Below the pieces are notes generated by a model. The model was not told the origin of the DNA and did not search any database. It saw nothing but the letters and a program-made list of their open reading frames with translations. A DNA stretch of 64,000 nucleotides from a virus (lineage: Duplodnaviria > Caudoviricetes): the IMG/VR virus record IMGVR_UViG_3300032233_002306, positions 2,117-66,116 of that record; one strand, written 5' to 3'. Of this stretch, positions 29,162 to 39,853 are shown piece after piece. Each line of letters begins with the position of its first letter. Positions within the stretch are counted from its first letter, which is position 1. The translations under genes were made by a program, and so were the position numbers.

Positions 29162-29635
29162 ATGAGAAAAATCATAATATTAATAATACTAGTATTACTA
29201 GGAATTAGTTGTAAAACACAAGACAAACAATTTGAAGGTGATAATAAAATTAACTTTATAAGTTATAATAAACTTCCTATTGTAGAAGGTAGAATTAATA
29301 ATAGAAAAGCATATTTTATTCTAGATTCAGGAGCCAGTATCTCAGTATTAGATGAAACACAATCTCATAAATTTAAATTTGATGTAGAAGAATCAGATGA
29401 TGAAGCTGCAGGTTATGGAGGTGTAGCACAATTCTCAAGTGTATATAATGCTGATATAGAGATGGGAGGTTTAAGTATGGTTACAAAATTTAAAAGCCAG
29501 GATTTAACTGCAATTGTAGTCATTATGGAAGCAACAGAAGGAGTTACCATATCTGGCATAATTGGAAACGATATAATGAAACCAAATAAATTTATCATCA
29601 ATTTTGCTGATGAAACAATTTCAATAGGAAAATAA
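29162..29635 (+). CDS. Retropepsin-like aspartyl protease, lipoprotein
   Basis: Lipobox LGISC; FILDSGAS; GIIGND. Confidence 0.8.
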   Translation: MRKIIILIILVLLGISCKTQDKQFEGDNKINFISYNKLPIVEGRINNRKAYFILDSGASISVLDETQSHKFKFDVEESDDEAAGYGGVAQFSSVYNADIEMGGLSMVTKFKSQDLTAIVVIMEATEGVTISGIIGNDIMKPNKFIINFADETISIGK

Positions 29636-29650
29636 ATTAAAATAAGGGTT

Positions 29651-30733
29651 ATGAATAATATTGATCGCCAGTATAAAGAACTACTAGACCACATTCTCCA
29701 CTTCGGTATTGAAAAGAAAGATCGTACAGGAACAGGTACAAAATCAATCTTCGGTTGGCAGATTAGACACAACATGAAGGAAGGATTTCCACTATTAACC
29801 ACAAAGAAAATGGCTTGGAAAACTATGGTAACTGAATTGTTATGGTTTTTGAGGGGTGATACTAATATAAAATTCCTTGTAGATAATGGTTGTCATATTT
29901 GGGATGGTGATGCATACCAGAATTATAGAAAGATAGAATTTGAAAGAATAATGTCTCAAAAGCATGGTGAATATCTTATGGGTAAAGAAGAATTCATCAA
30001 CAAAATCAAAACCGATGATGAGTTTGCTAAACAATGGGGTGAATTAGGTCCAATCTATGGTAAGCAATGGAGAAGTTGGACTAAATACAAAGAAGAATGG
30101 CATGAGCCTCATAAAGAGATTCAAGTAGACCAAATCACAAATCTAATCTCAGAACTCAAAACAAACCCAGATAGTAGAAGATTAATGGTTAGTGCCTGGA
30201 ATGTAGGTGAGTTAGATGATATGGTACTTCCGCCTTGTCATTATGGATTTCAAGTTTATACAAGAGAGTTGAGTGAAAGTGAAAGAGTTAAGTTGATGGA
30301 TAAGCGTTTAGGTCTAACGGAGAAAGATAATTTACCTACATACTACACAGTTACTGATTTAAAAGATAAAAATATACCTACTAGCGCAATCTCTCTAATG
30401 TGGAATCAACGTTCAGTAGATACATTTTTGGGTTTACCATTTAATATCGCTTCATACGGATTGTTACTTGAATTGATTGCAAAAGAAGTTAATATGGTTC
30501 CAGAAGAATTGATTGGTAACTTAGGAGATGTTCATCTATACAATAACCATCTAGAACAAGCAAAGGAACAAATTAGTAGATCATCATTTGAATTACCAAA
30601 ACTAAAAATGAATCCTATATTCTTAGCTAATTTGGAGCATAAAGGGTTGGATGAAGCCGTTAATGGACAAGTAAATTTTGAATTAGAAAATTATCAATGT
30701 CACCCATCAATTAAGACACCTTTGAGTAACTAA
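29651..30733 (+). CDS. thyA: Thymidylate synthase
   Basis: DRTGTGT, FPLLTTKK, LPPCH, QRSVD.FLGLPFNIASY, GDVHLY.NH. Confidence 0.97.
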   Translation: MNNIDRQYKELLDHILHFGIEKKDRTGTGTKSIFGWQIRHNMKEGFPLLTTKKMAWKTMVTELLWFLRGDTNIKFLVDNGCHIWDGDAYQNYRKIEFERIMSQKHGEYLMGKEEFINKIKTDDEFAKQWGELGPIYGKQWRSWTKYKEEWHEPHKEIQVDQITNLISELKTNPDSRRLMVSAWNVGELDDMVLPPCHYGFQVYTRELSESERVKLMDKRLGLTEKDNLPTYYTVTDLKDKNIPTSAISLMWNQRSVDTFLGLPFNIASYGLLLELIAKEVNMVPEELIGNLGDVHLYNNHLEQAKEQISRSSFELPKLKMNPIFLANLEHKGLDEAVNGQVNFELENYQCHPSIKTPLSN

Positions 30734-30749
30734 TATATTTATCAATGCT

Positions 30750-30977
30750 ATGATAAGATATGTTAAACACCATAATGTAGATTATATTATAATAGATAAA
30801 ACTATCCAAATAGATGGTGTGTTGATGCCTACTCAAATACAAGTAAATATAGATAAAATACCTGCACCTGATCGTCCAAAAATATTCCGTATCTTATCAG
30901 TAGCATTTGATCGTAATATTAGTTTTGATAAGTCTCCTAAAACACAACCAAAGAAACCGTGGTGGAAGGTTTGGTAA
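30750..30977 (+). CDS. Hypothetical protein
   Basis: ORF after ATATTTAT motif. Confidence 0.5.
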   Translation: MIRYVKHHNVDYIIIDKTIQIDGVLMPTQIQVNIDKIPAPDRPKIFRILSVAFDRNISFDKSPKTQPKKPWWKVW

Positions 30978-31005
30978 TGTCAAAATAACAATTTATATTT
31001 ACAGG

Positions 31006-31272
31006 ATGACAGTTAAAGAATTAATTGAATATCTACAAACAGCAGATCCCGAACTAAACGTATTCGTTAAGGGATATGAAGCTGGGTATAATGATGTTAA
31101 TACTTTTAACCATGAAGAATTGGTATTAAATGTTTGTAACGTTTGGTATTATGGCAAACATGAGTTACTCAAAAACATAGAGAAGAAAGATAAAATATTA
31201 GATAGAGAATCAAAACATAATTCAGTAAAAGGCATAATAATAGGTTATGAAGAAGACATTAATATTAGGTGA
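31006..31272 (+). CDS. Hypothetical protein (MTVKELIE family; similar N-terminus to 44338)
   Basis: Start reassigned to the ATG after the promoter motif. Confidence 0.55.
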   Translation: MTVKELIEYLQTADPELNVFVKGYEAGYNDVNTFNHEELVLNVCNVWYYGKHELLKNIEKKDKILDRESKHNSVKGIIIGYEEDINIR

Positions 31273-31987
31273 TACTCACGGCCGTTCAACTTGGAAATTA
31301 GCAATACATCAGGAACAACCTGATAGAGTTATTTTTATAGGTGATTATTTTGATTCATTTGAAATATCAGGTGTTGAACAAATAGACAACTTTAAACAAA
31401 TTATTAAGTATAAAGAAGATAACCCACAAGTTGAGGTTGTAATGTTAATTGGTAACCACGATCATCATTATTATCCCGAAATCGGATATACAGGTACAAG
31501 TGGATATCAAAATAAAATTGCACCTTCAATTAATCAAGTAATAGATGAGAATAGACATCATCTACAAATGGCTTATGGGTTTGAAGATTTCTTATTCACT
31601 CATGCTGGTGTAAGTCCTGTGTTTATGGATCAAGTATTTGGAAAAGATGATTGGTCTAAAGAGAGTGTTGTAGTTGATTTAAATGAATTATTTAAATATA
31701 AACCTAAAGCATTTGAATTTAATGGTTTTGATGGTTCTGGTGATAATACAACCCAAACTCCAATTTGGATTAGGCCAAGATCACTTATGGCTGTAAATAA
31801 AAACCATAAGAATGGATTAAAGAAAGATTATATCCAAATTGTAGGCCATACTCAAATGAGACGAATCGATTTAGAAGGATCAGATAAATTTACTGGTGGT
31901 AGATATTATTTCATCGACACAATGGATACATCAGGCGAGTATTTGGTGTGGCAAGACAATAAATTTACCGTTAACTCAATAAGATAA
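31247..31987 (+). CDS. Calcineurin-like metallophosphoesterase
   Basis: GDTHG, GDYFD, GNHD, THAG, VGHT motifs. Confidence 0.9.
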   Translation: MKKTLILGDTHGRSTWKLAIHQEQPDRVIFIGDYFDSFEISGVEQIDNFKQIIKYKEDNPQVEVVMLIGNHDHHYYPEIGYTGTSGYQNKIAPSINQVIDENRHHLQMAYGFEDFLFTHAGVSPVFMDQVFGKDDWSKESVVVDLNELFKYKPKAFEFNGFDGSGDNTTQTPIWIRPRSLMAVNKNHKNGLKKDYIQIVGHTQMRRIDLEGSDKFTGGRYYFIDTMDTSGEYLVWQDNKFTVNSIR

Positions 31988-31992
31988 AGGTT

Positions 31993-32604
31993 ATGAAAAA
32001 ATTAAAGTATATATTAGAAGATCTTAGATGGTTAAAGGTGTTAAATAGCCCCTTCAAACCATTTAGTGTTAGTTGGTATATAGGTAAAACACAAGTTGGT
32101 ACTCCATACTTCCTACCAAGGAAATGGGTTAAAGCAACTCCTGCATTAGCTACTGAAGCAGCATTAAACGAAATTAGGAGTGCAAAAGAATGGAATGAAC
32201 GAAATCGCGATTCAACATTTAAACACAGAGTAAAATCATTTGAAGAAGCATATAAAGAAAAAATGACATATCGTTTCCCAGTACCACTTAAAGTCGGATT
32301 CAGTTATTGTGGTTTAGGATGGAAAACAAAATGGACTGATACTGATTTTAGATATGAGTGGGGTCCTGTATTATCATTTGTGTTCTTTGGCTATCAAATA
32401 GCAGCAATGGTTGGGTATAAACACGCTAGTCATTATTGGGAATGTTGGTTATATTATGAATATGCTACTGATAAAACTAAATCAAAACATGAACGAATAG
32501 AACAATGTAGAAAAGAATTTCCACAAACATGGACAGTATCTTCTATGGGCAAAGAAGAGGTCGTAGATTACTATCAACGTATACTTAAAACTAAATATCT
32601 ATGA
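31993..32604 (+). CDS. Hypothetical protein
   Basis: ORF. Confidence 0.55.
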   Translation: MKKLKYILEDLRWLKVLNSPFKPFSVSWYIGKTQVGTPYFLPRKWVKATPALATEAALNEIRSAKEWNERNRDSTFKHRVKSFEEAYKEKMTYRFPVPLKVGFSYCGLGWKTKWTDTDFRYEWGPVLSFVFFGYQIAAMVGYKHASHYWECWLYYEYATDKTKSKHERIEQCRKEFPQTWTVSSMGKEEVVDYYQRILKTKYL

Positions 32605-32924
32605 GACATGCAGAACGAAAAGCAAATAAAGAAAGACAATTTTTAAAGGAGTTGATTGACAAAATGTTTGAACTTGCTGGTCACGATCTTAAGTTTGAAG
32701 ATGTAGAGGGTAGAAAGGATAATTGGTTTCAACAATATACAATGACTGAGGCTCAAAATAAGGAATGGAGGGAATGGGGTGTGAAACATATTAAAAAGAA
32801 AAAACGCTATTATTCAAAAATAGCTGAGCGTGAAATGGCATTTCTTGATTTATATTGTGGACTAAAAATATCTGATAGTAGATTTGGTTATGAAGAAGAA
32901 AAAAGCACAACAAACGAAGCGTAA
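32601..32924 (+). CDS. Hypothetical protein
   Basis: ORF, coupled to neighbours. Confidence 0.55.
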   Translation: MRHAERKANKERQFLKELIDKMFELAGHDLKFEDVEGRKDNWFQQYTMTEAQNKEWREWGVKHIKKKKRYYSKIAEREMAFLDLYCGLKISDSRFGYEEEKSTTNEA

Positions 32925-33099
32925 TTGGTTTATTGTAATGAACTCACAATTAGAATACTTTAGTGGATTAATGTATGGGGGTGAATTGGTATGGTGTAAT
33001 GATTATAATGAAGCTAAACCATTAGATGATGAACGTAAGTTTAAAACATTACAGATGCTTTGTTATAATGAAGAATTAGTACTAGATTATATTAACTAA
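32884..33099 (+). CDS. Hypothetical protein
   Basis: ORF. Confidence 0.45.
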   Translation: MVMKKKKAQQTKRNWFIVMNSQLEYFSGLMYGGELVWCNDYNEAKPLDDERKFKTLQMLCYNEELVLDYIN

Positions 33100-33107
33100 A
33101 AATAAAA

Positions 33108-33959
33108 ATGGTAAACCTAAACCTTGCCTACCCCAATGTCTCAGATATCTCATTTAAAACAGTTCAATTCCCTGATGGCCAACAGGATATAGTACTTCAA
33201 AGTTGGCCTAATTTAGACCAACCAGTTACTATTAGGTCAAGAATGAATTCATTCAAAGATATTGAATTAATCATATGTGCTAATAAAGCGCTTCGTAATT
33301 TAGGTTATAACGAAATTCATTTAAGTGTTCCTTACTTTCTAGGAGCTAGAAGTGATAGGAAATTCACAATGGGAGGTAATAATTACCTTAAAGATGTAGT
33401 TTGTCCTGTAATTAACCTTCAAAAGTTTGCTACAGTAACAACAATGGATCCTCATAGTGATGTAGTTGAAGCGTGTACTGATAACTTTAGAAAGATTAAT
33501 AATGTAGAATTGGTAAAATGGGCTCTAACAGATATAGACAATACATTCACCGCTCATGATAAAGTAGTAATTGTATCACCCGATTCAGGTGCTGTCAAGA
33601 AAGGATATCATGTAGCTAAAAGAGTTGGTTATACAAGAGAAATCATTACAGCAGCTAAGGTTAGAAACGTAACCACAGGACAAATTTTATACACTAGCGT
33701 TCCTATGGAACATGAATATGCTCTTGATTCTAAATTTGTTATGATTGATGATATTTGTGATACAGGTAGAACATTCACTGAAGTGGTTAAGGTAATAAAA
33801 CAAAAATACCCAGACGCTAAACAATATCTAATTGTAACTCACGGAGTGTTTAGTACAGGATTTGATGAATTGGCAAAGCATTTTGATTACATTTATACTA
33901 CAAATTCAATAGCAGATGTTACTGGGTTTGATTTTGTTAAGCAAATGAATGTATATTAA
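33108..33959 (+). CDS. Ribose-phosphate pyrophosphokinase-like enzyme (Prs/Adps family)
   Basis: FPDG, PYFLGARSDR, DPHS, VSPDSGA, IDDICDTGRTF, THG. Confidence 0.88.
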   Translation: MVNLNLAYPNVSDISFKTVQFPDGQQDIVLQSWPNLDQPVTIRSRMNSFKDIELIICANKALRNLGYNEIHLSVPYFLGARSDRKFTMGGNNYLKDVVCPVINLQKFATVTTMDPHSDVVEACTDNFRKINNVELVKWALTDIDNTFTAHDKVVIVSPDSGAVKKGYHVAKRVGYTREIITAAKVRNVTTGQILYTSVPMEHEYALDSKFVMIDDICDTGRTFTEVVKVIKQKYPDAKQYLIVTHGVFSTGFDELAKHFDYIYTTNSIADVTGFDFVKQMNVY

Positions 33960-33962
33960 ATT

Positions 33963-34361
33963 ATGAGAACAGAAGAAGAACGCCTCGCACATTACAGAGT
34001 AGCATTTTTAGAGAAAGTTAAAAAATGGAAATGGGATGTTGTTGAGGAATGTACCTATAAACAACGTGGTCGTAAAGCTAAAGTAACAACTCGACCCGAA
34101 TCAAAACCAAGAACTAAATTAGAACAAAACGCATTTGCTTATAACTGGATAAAATAATAAATTATGAATAAGTACGAAGCATTAGGTGGTAATTATTTTG
34201 GATTTGAATTATTTGAAGAAGTATTTAAAGTAATTAATGAACGTGGTTATAGTAATCAAGAACAAGCGTTTAAAGCAGGTGTAGCAAGTGCTGAAGCTGC
34301 TGTAAGACGTTTACGTGAAGAATATTATGAAACCATATCTAAATCAATGCCAATGGAATGA
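33963..34361 (+). CDS. Two small hypothetical ORFs (33963-34157, 34164-34361)
   Basis: ORF track, operon packing. Confidence 0.45.
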
Positions 34362-34996
34362 TATTTATAGGTATGAAATACCTACTAATATTACTCCTAC
34401 TCATCAACACAGCATTCGCTCAAGACACTATCACACTTGTACATAAAGCATATAAGACAACTTATAGCAAATCAAAACAATATCCTGTCAAGGTTGAATG
34501 GTGGGTAACTAAAGCAGCACTAACATGTCCTGTCAAGGCTAAACGTGGTGATAAATTTATTCCTGATCCTAAATTACCGCTTGAAACCAATTTACAATCA
34601 AGTTATACAGGAGCTGGATTTGATAGAGGTCATAATTTTCCATCAGCAGATGCTGCTTGTGATCAAATAATAAATGACGAGTCATTTTACTTCAGTAATA
34701 TGACAGCTCAATATCCACAATTAAACAGGGGTGATTGGAAATCATTAGAATCAATGACGCGTGACGCAGCACTTAAAGATGATTCTGTTCATGTTTGGTG
34801 TGGTTCAATTGGAGTAAGTAAGAAAATAGGAACTGTATCTGTTCCTGTTCAGTGTTGGAAGATAATTTATACTAAAAAGACAAATGAATGGTTAGCATTT
34901 TTATTTGAAAATGACACATCAAAAGCAGACGGACTTAAAAATAATGAAGTTGAAGTAAAGTTGATTGAGCAAATTACTGGTTTTAAATTCAAATAA
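34358..34996 (+). CDS. Secreted DNA/RNA non-specific endonuclease (NucA/EndA-like)
   Basis: Signal peptide; DRGH; FYFSNMTAQ...LNRGDW..LE. Confidence 0.9.
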   Translation: MIFIGMKYLLILLLLINTAFAQDTITLVHKAYKTTYSKSKQYPVKVEWWVTKAALTCPVKAKRGDKFIPDPKLPLETNLQSSYTGAGFDRGHNFPSADAACDQIINDESFYFSNMTAQYPQLNRGDWKSLESMTRDAALKDDSVHVWCGSIGVSKKIGTVSVPVQCWKIIYTKKTNEWLAFLFENDTSKADGLKNNEVEVKLIEQITGFKFK

Positions 34997-35010
34997 ACAA
35001 AAAATAAAAT

Positions 35011-35394
35011 ATGGCTATTCAAACAAAAGACGATGCACAGAGTAAAGCGGATAGGAGAGTTGATAGATCATTCTTTAAAAAGACAAAACAAAAACCACTA
35101 ATGGAAATGCAATTCAGCGAAGTAATATCTTTGGCTGATCAAATTGAATGGCTTAGATTGAAGAAGATAGAGAAAGAAAAACAACAATATAAATAAATAA
35201 ACATGACTAACGACACAATGTATTTCAATTGTATGGCTATTGAGGAATTGGTTCGTAGTATGGTTATGAGAGGTATAGACGATAATTCTAAATTAGTAGC
35301 TGCTGTGGATAAGGAATTCCATCCCCAAAACGCCTGGGAAATGGAGGTATATAGCGAAGCCATTATATATGCTAAGCAGGGAGTATTAAATTAG
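35011..35394 (+). CDS. Two small hypothetical ORFs (35011-35196, 35203-35394)
   Basis: ORF track. Confidence 0.45.
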
Positions 35395-35421
35395 ATATAT
35401 TTATTACCACAAATAAATAAA

Positions 35422-35745
35422 ATGAAACAGAATATTAACGAAATTAAAAGAATGCAGCAATTAGCTGGTTTATTGAAAGAAAATATGGATATGGGTGGAG
35501 ATAGTGTATCTAAAGAAAAAGTTAAAGAATGGATATGGTATGCTGCTGAAGAAGGAACAGATACAGAATATATGTCTACTTTAAATAAATATTTAGATGA
35601 CTTATTAATGGGTAGCAATGAAGTAACAAGAGAACAATTTAAAGATCTAATCAATTTTGGATATAACCTACCAGGATATGGCCCAATAGGCCACGGTGCT
35701 GATCCAGAGCCTGATGAATTATTTGATGACATGTTAAATAATTAA
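35422..35745 (+). CDS. Acidic protein with INEIKRMQQLAGL leader (putative internal virion protein)
   Basis: ATATTTAT at 35397; leader motif. Confidence 0.5.
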   Translation: MKQNINEIKRMQQLAGLLKENMDMGGDSVSKEKVKEWIWYAAEEGTDTEYMSTLNKYLDDLLMGSNEVTREQFKDLINFGYNLPGYGPIGHGADPEPDELFDDMLNN

Positions 35746-35839
35746 AAAATAAAATCAAAGAAGCTTTCCACAAGAAGGCTTTCTTGGTCAAAATTATTGC
35801 TATACATTCAATGTATTAAATAATTAAAAAATAAAGGTT

Positions 35840-36631
35840 ATGTCAAACGAATTGAATTCAAACGTAATGATGAGCAGTAACACTTACTCGCTCGAGCAAA
35901 TTAAAGCAATGGCTCCATCAGTATTCACTACTGATAAAGCACCCCACCTCACAGACAAATACATTCAAACCCCAACATCACGTGTTGTAGAGGATTTGAT
36001 GAGTATGGGATGGCAAGTAACTAAAGCGCAAGAAGTTAAAGCGCGTAAAGGTAAGGGATTCCAAAAACACATGGTTGTGTTCCGCAACCCCGAGATTATG
36101 ATTAAGGGTGCTAATGGCGACGATTCATTCCCTCAAATTCTACTTACCAATTCACATGATGGTAAAGCAGCGTTCAATTTTAGAGTAGGTATCTTTAGGT
36201 TAGTATGTTCAAATGGATTGGTTATTAGCGATGCTGATTTTAATAATGTATCAATCAGGCACACTAACTATTCATTTGAAACACTACAAACCAAAATTCA
36301 AGAGGTAATTGCTAAACTACCTAACCTGGTTCAAAAGATTAACCTATTCAAACAAACAGAACTGACTGAAGCTCAAATGGCCGACTTCGCTCAGAAAGCA
36401 GCATCACTCAGGACTAAACAGACCATTAACATTATGGATGTACTTACTCCTGATCGTCCACAAGATGCAGGTAATGACTTGTGGGTAGTGTTTAATCGCA
36501 TTCAAGAGAAAGTAATTGGTGGTAATTACAAATACGGGGGTAAGAATCGTAAAGCCCGTTCTGTTAAGAACTTCCAAAAGGACATTGAGCTGAATGAGCA
36601 ACTGTTTGAGTTGGCTGAGAGTTACCTTTAA
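35840..36631 (+). CDS. DUF932 (TIGR03299-like) protein
   Basis: PQILLTNSHDG...GIFRLVCSNGL...IRH motif. Confidence 0.85.
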   Translation: MSNELNSNVMMSSNTYSLEQIKAMAPSVFTTDKAPHLTDKYIQTPTSRVVEDLMSMGWQVTKAQEVKARKGKGFQKHMVVFRNPEIMIKGANGDDSFPQILLTNSHDGKAAFNFRVGIFRLVCSNGLVISDADFNNVSIRHTNYSFETLQTKIQEVIAKLPNLVQKINLFKQTELTEAQMADFAQKAASLRTKQTINIMDVLTPDRPQDAGNDLWVVFNRIQEKVIGGNYKYGGKNRKARSVKNFQKDIELNEQLFELAESYL

Positions 36632-36687
36632 TATATACTAGGTGGGGGTGTCAAAGCCCCCACTTACATTTATTTAAATAAAATTAT

Positions 36688-38054
36688 ATGATTATAGTAT
36701 TATCAGTAATAATTGTAATTATGATCCCATTTCTAGTAGGAGCAATACTTCGCATCGATAAACTCAAACAACACATAGAGTTATTAGATAGAGAACAACA
36801 TACTCAAAATAAAGATATAATAGAATTACTAAAATATAGAGGCGAATCATCAGTTGTCATACTACAACATTCAGACGTATTAACATACCTATGCGATCAA
36901 GATCCACTATTAAATAAAATAAAAATGCCCATTTCTACTATAGTAGGACAGGCATAATTCTTTTACTATATTTATTTAAATAATAAGGTTATGGTGTTAC
37001 AAGAACGAATAGAACAATACACCCCAATTAGTTATAATCAATGGTATTGGTGGAGACGTTTTAAATCACGTGACACACTACACAAATATCAACCACTTGA
37101 AGCCAAAATTAAAAATGGCGATTTTGAAGTAAGTGATTATCATTGGTGGTCGTTGTGGGAAAATGAATTAGAGAAAGAAGCAATATCCAAGTTAGAAGAT
37201 CCTAATAAACAACATGAACTTAGATGTTTATTTGGAGAGCGTAAACGTAGGCTAACAGAGGATTATATTAAAGACGAAGCCAAAATATTAGAAGCAATGT
37301 ATAAAGACTTCTGGCTTGAACTTAGAATGAAACAAGAAGAAGTAGAAGAAGAAATGCTTCAATTCGAAGGCACACTGTCAGAATTTTATTATTATATTTA
37401 TAGCAAAAAGAAATCAAATGGAAATTAAAGACATCTTAAGCGAACTGATTACAGTAGCAACTAACACCTTTGGTGAACGAGGTAACCCTGATAACTTCGA
37501 TTTAGAAGATTTCATTTCAACAATGGAAAGCTATTATGAAGAATTGGATGAAATAGGAGAATTTTACTTTGAAAGTGATGAAGAAGGATATGCATTCGAT
37601 GAAGACGAATACTAACCAAATAAAATAAAGATCATGTATAAAAACAGAAACTATAAACGTGTACTTGATACCAAACAAATCAAAGACATTATTAACCAAA
37701 TAGCCTTCGATCTTAAAGAATCACCCAAAGAATCAGCTAAGTATCTTATGGATTTATATCTTAATAATGATGCTGATGGTATATTTGAATTAGTAAGTGA
37801 TTGGGTTGAATATGCTGAAGATGAGGTAAAAAGACAACTTAATATAGAATTAACAGAAGATTCATTTGATGATGATCAATACACTCCACATTATGATTAT
37901 TAATATAATTTTAATAGTAATAGTAATAGGTATATTCTTTATGGTAATAATAGGATTACTAACAACTGAATTACAAGAAAAACCCAAATCAAACAAATTC
38001 AGACAATGGTGGAATAAATACATTGTGGATATGGATGGTAATTATAATAATTAA
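36688..38054 (+). CDS. Run of five small hypothetical ORFs (36688-36957, 36991-37428, 37418-37615, 37634-37903, 37866-38054)
   Basis: ORF track with promoter motifs. Confidence 0.5.
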
Positions 38055-38102
38055 TTTGGTGGGCAGCTTAAAGCTGCCTACCTTCATTTCAAATAATAAG
38101 TT

Positions 38103-38642
38103 ATGCGAACATTAGTAATTCATCCACACGATACATCAACACATTTTCTAAAGTCAATATACGAGAATATACCTAATAAAACAGTTATTACTGGCGGTTG
38201 GTCTATTGCTGGAGTGGAAAATTTAATATCGATGCATGATCGAATTATAATGATGGGACATGGTTCACCTAAAGGTTTATTCGGAATTAATTTTAATCGT
38301 AGTTATGTTATAGATAAAGACACAGTGGGTTTACTCGAAAATAAAGAATGTATATTCATTTGGTGTCATGCTGATCAATTTGTAAAGGAACATAACTTAA
38401 AAGGATTCCATAGTGGTATGTTTGTAAGTGAGGTTGGAGAAGCATTAATGTATAAATTGAAGGGTGATAAAAAATTAATAGACGAATCAAATAATACATT
38501 TGCATTTATGCTTGGTTCTATTATTGGTATTAATAAACCACTCCCGGAAATATATGAGCAAATAAAAAAAGATTATGGTTGGTTAGCTGAGCGAAACGAA
38601 ATAGCTAAGTATAATCATGAACGATTAGCTTTGGCAGAGTAA
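38103..38642 (+). CDS. Hypothetical protein with caspase/gingipain-like HG...C pattern
   Basis: IIMMGHGS and IFIWCHA. Confidence 0.4.
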   Translation: MRTLVIHPHDTSTHFLKSIYENIPNKTVITGGWSIAGVENLISMHDRIIMMGHGSPKGLFGINFNRSYVIDKDTVGLLENKECIFIWCHADQFVKEHNLKGFHSGMFVSEVGEALMYKLKGDKKLIDESNNTFAFMLGSIIGINKPLPEIYEQIKKDYGWLAERNEIAKYNHERLALAE

Positions 38643-38681
38643 AATAAAGATATTATATTTAACTAAATAAAAATCAAAAGA

Positions 38682-39188
38682 ATGATTCCATTAAGAGAAG
38701 CAATTGCAGAAAAGCACAGAATCGCTGAAAATACAGTATTCAGTCAGAGAATGGTTAAAGGAGATCTAACAAAAGAAGAGTATTTACTCTATCTAACCCA
38801 ACAATATTATCTCTTTGAAGAGTTGGAACGAAAATACCCCCCTAACGAATCCTTATTAAGAATTAATAATATAAAAGAGGATATCACTGAGCTTGGTGTA
38901 TTAGGAGATCAAATGGTTTCAACTAAGGCTTACGTTGATTATTTAGCTACTCTAGATTATGATTCATTAGCACCACATATCTATTTAAATTATCTAGCTT
39001 TAATTTATGGGGGGCAGATTATAAAGCAGAATATACCTGGCTCGGGTAAGATGTATGATTTTATAGAAATGCAAGCAGCTGTTGGCAGTATTAGAGCTAT
39101 ACAGAAAGATGAATGGGCTGACGAGGCTAACCTTGGATTAGATCACATTATAAACATATACAATGAGTTACAAAGTTACGCTGGATAA
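38682..39188 (+). CDS. Heme oxygenase (HemO/Ho1-like)
   Basis: Proximal His in KHRIAE; HIYLNYLALIYGGQII distal helix. Confidence 0.88.
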   Translation: MIPLREAIAEKHRIAENTVFSQRMVKGDLTKEEYLLYLTQQYYLFEELERKYPPNESLLRINNIKEDITELGVLGDQMVSTKAYVDYLATLDYDSLAPHIYLNYLALIYGGQIIKQNIPGSGKMYDFIEMQAAVGSIRAIQKDEWADEANLGLDHIINIYNELQSYAG

Positions 39189-39792
39189 AATAGCAGACGT
39201 AGTTAAAGAGATAATTGTAAATAAAGGTAAGGGACTAGAAATAGAGACTGAAGATTTTGGTTGGAATAATTATCGCTATGTGTCTAACCATTTTAGAATT
39301 GCTCATATAGAGAGATACTCGGATAAGAATCTAGAAGTTCTACACATCACCACTTTTCCTAACAATAATAATCCCAGTCCAATATTTGGATTTGACGTAA
39401 TTACTACCGACAAAAAACCACTTGCCGCGTTTCTTGATTATTCTCCTACTCTAAACAAAACAACCTATAAGTCAGATATTACATTCAACACCCTCTACAA
39501 TCTTCCAGATTGGGCTAAAAATATATTCTCTGAAGACGCTATTGCAATAATTCCAAGTGAGGATGATCTTAGTGTATTAGCTAAAGTAGTAGAAGATGCT
39601 TATAGTAAATATCTAGATCTGTGTATAGAGGTAGTACCTAACATAGAATTAGATCTAATTAAAAGCCATCAGAACTATTATTGTGAACAGCAACAAAAGA
39701 ATGAACGCACGTTTAATGTACTGAAAGCTAAGTTAGGAGAAGATAGGGCTAGATATTTTATGAGTACAATTTTATTTCCAAAAATAACCTAA
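39163..39792 (+). CDS. Ferredoxin-dependent bilin reductase (PcyA/PcyX-like)
   Basis: FRIAHIE, LHITTFP, PIFGFDV, QNYYCEQQQKNERT; overlaps heme oxygenase. Confidence 0.85.
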   Translation: MSYKVTLDKIADVVKEIIVNKGKGLEIETEDFGWNNYRYVSNHFRIAHIERYSDKNLEVLHITTFPNNNNPSPIFGFDVITTDKKPLAAFLDYSPTLNKTTYKSDITFNTLYNLPDWAKNIFSEDAIAIIPSEDDLSVLAKVVEDAYSKYLDLCIEVVPNIELDLIKSHQNYYCEQQQKNERTFNVLKAKLGEDRARYFMSTILFPKIT

Positions 39793-39853
39793 TAAGTTAT
39801 TTAAACTGTCAAAATTAAAGTCGTATATTCATCTAAACAAAAAATAAAAGGTT

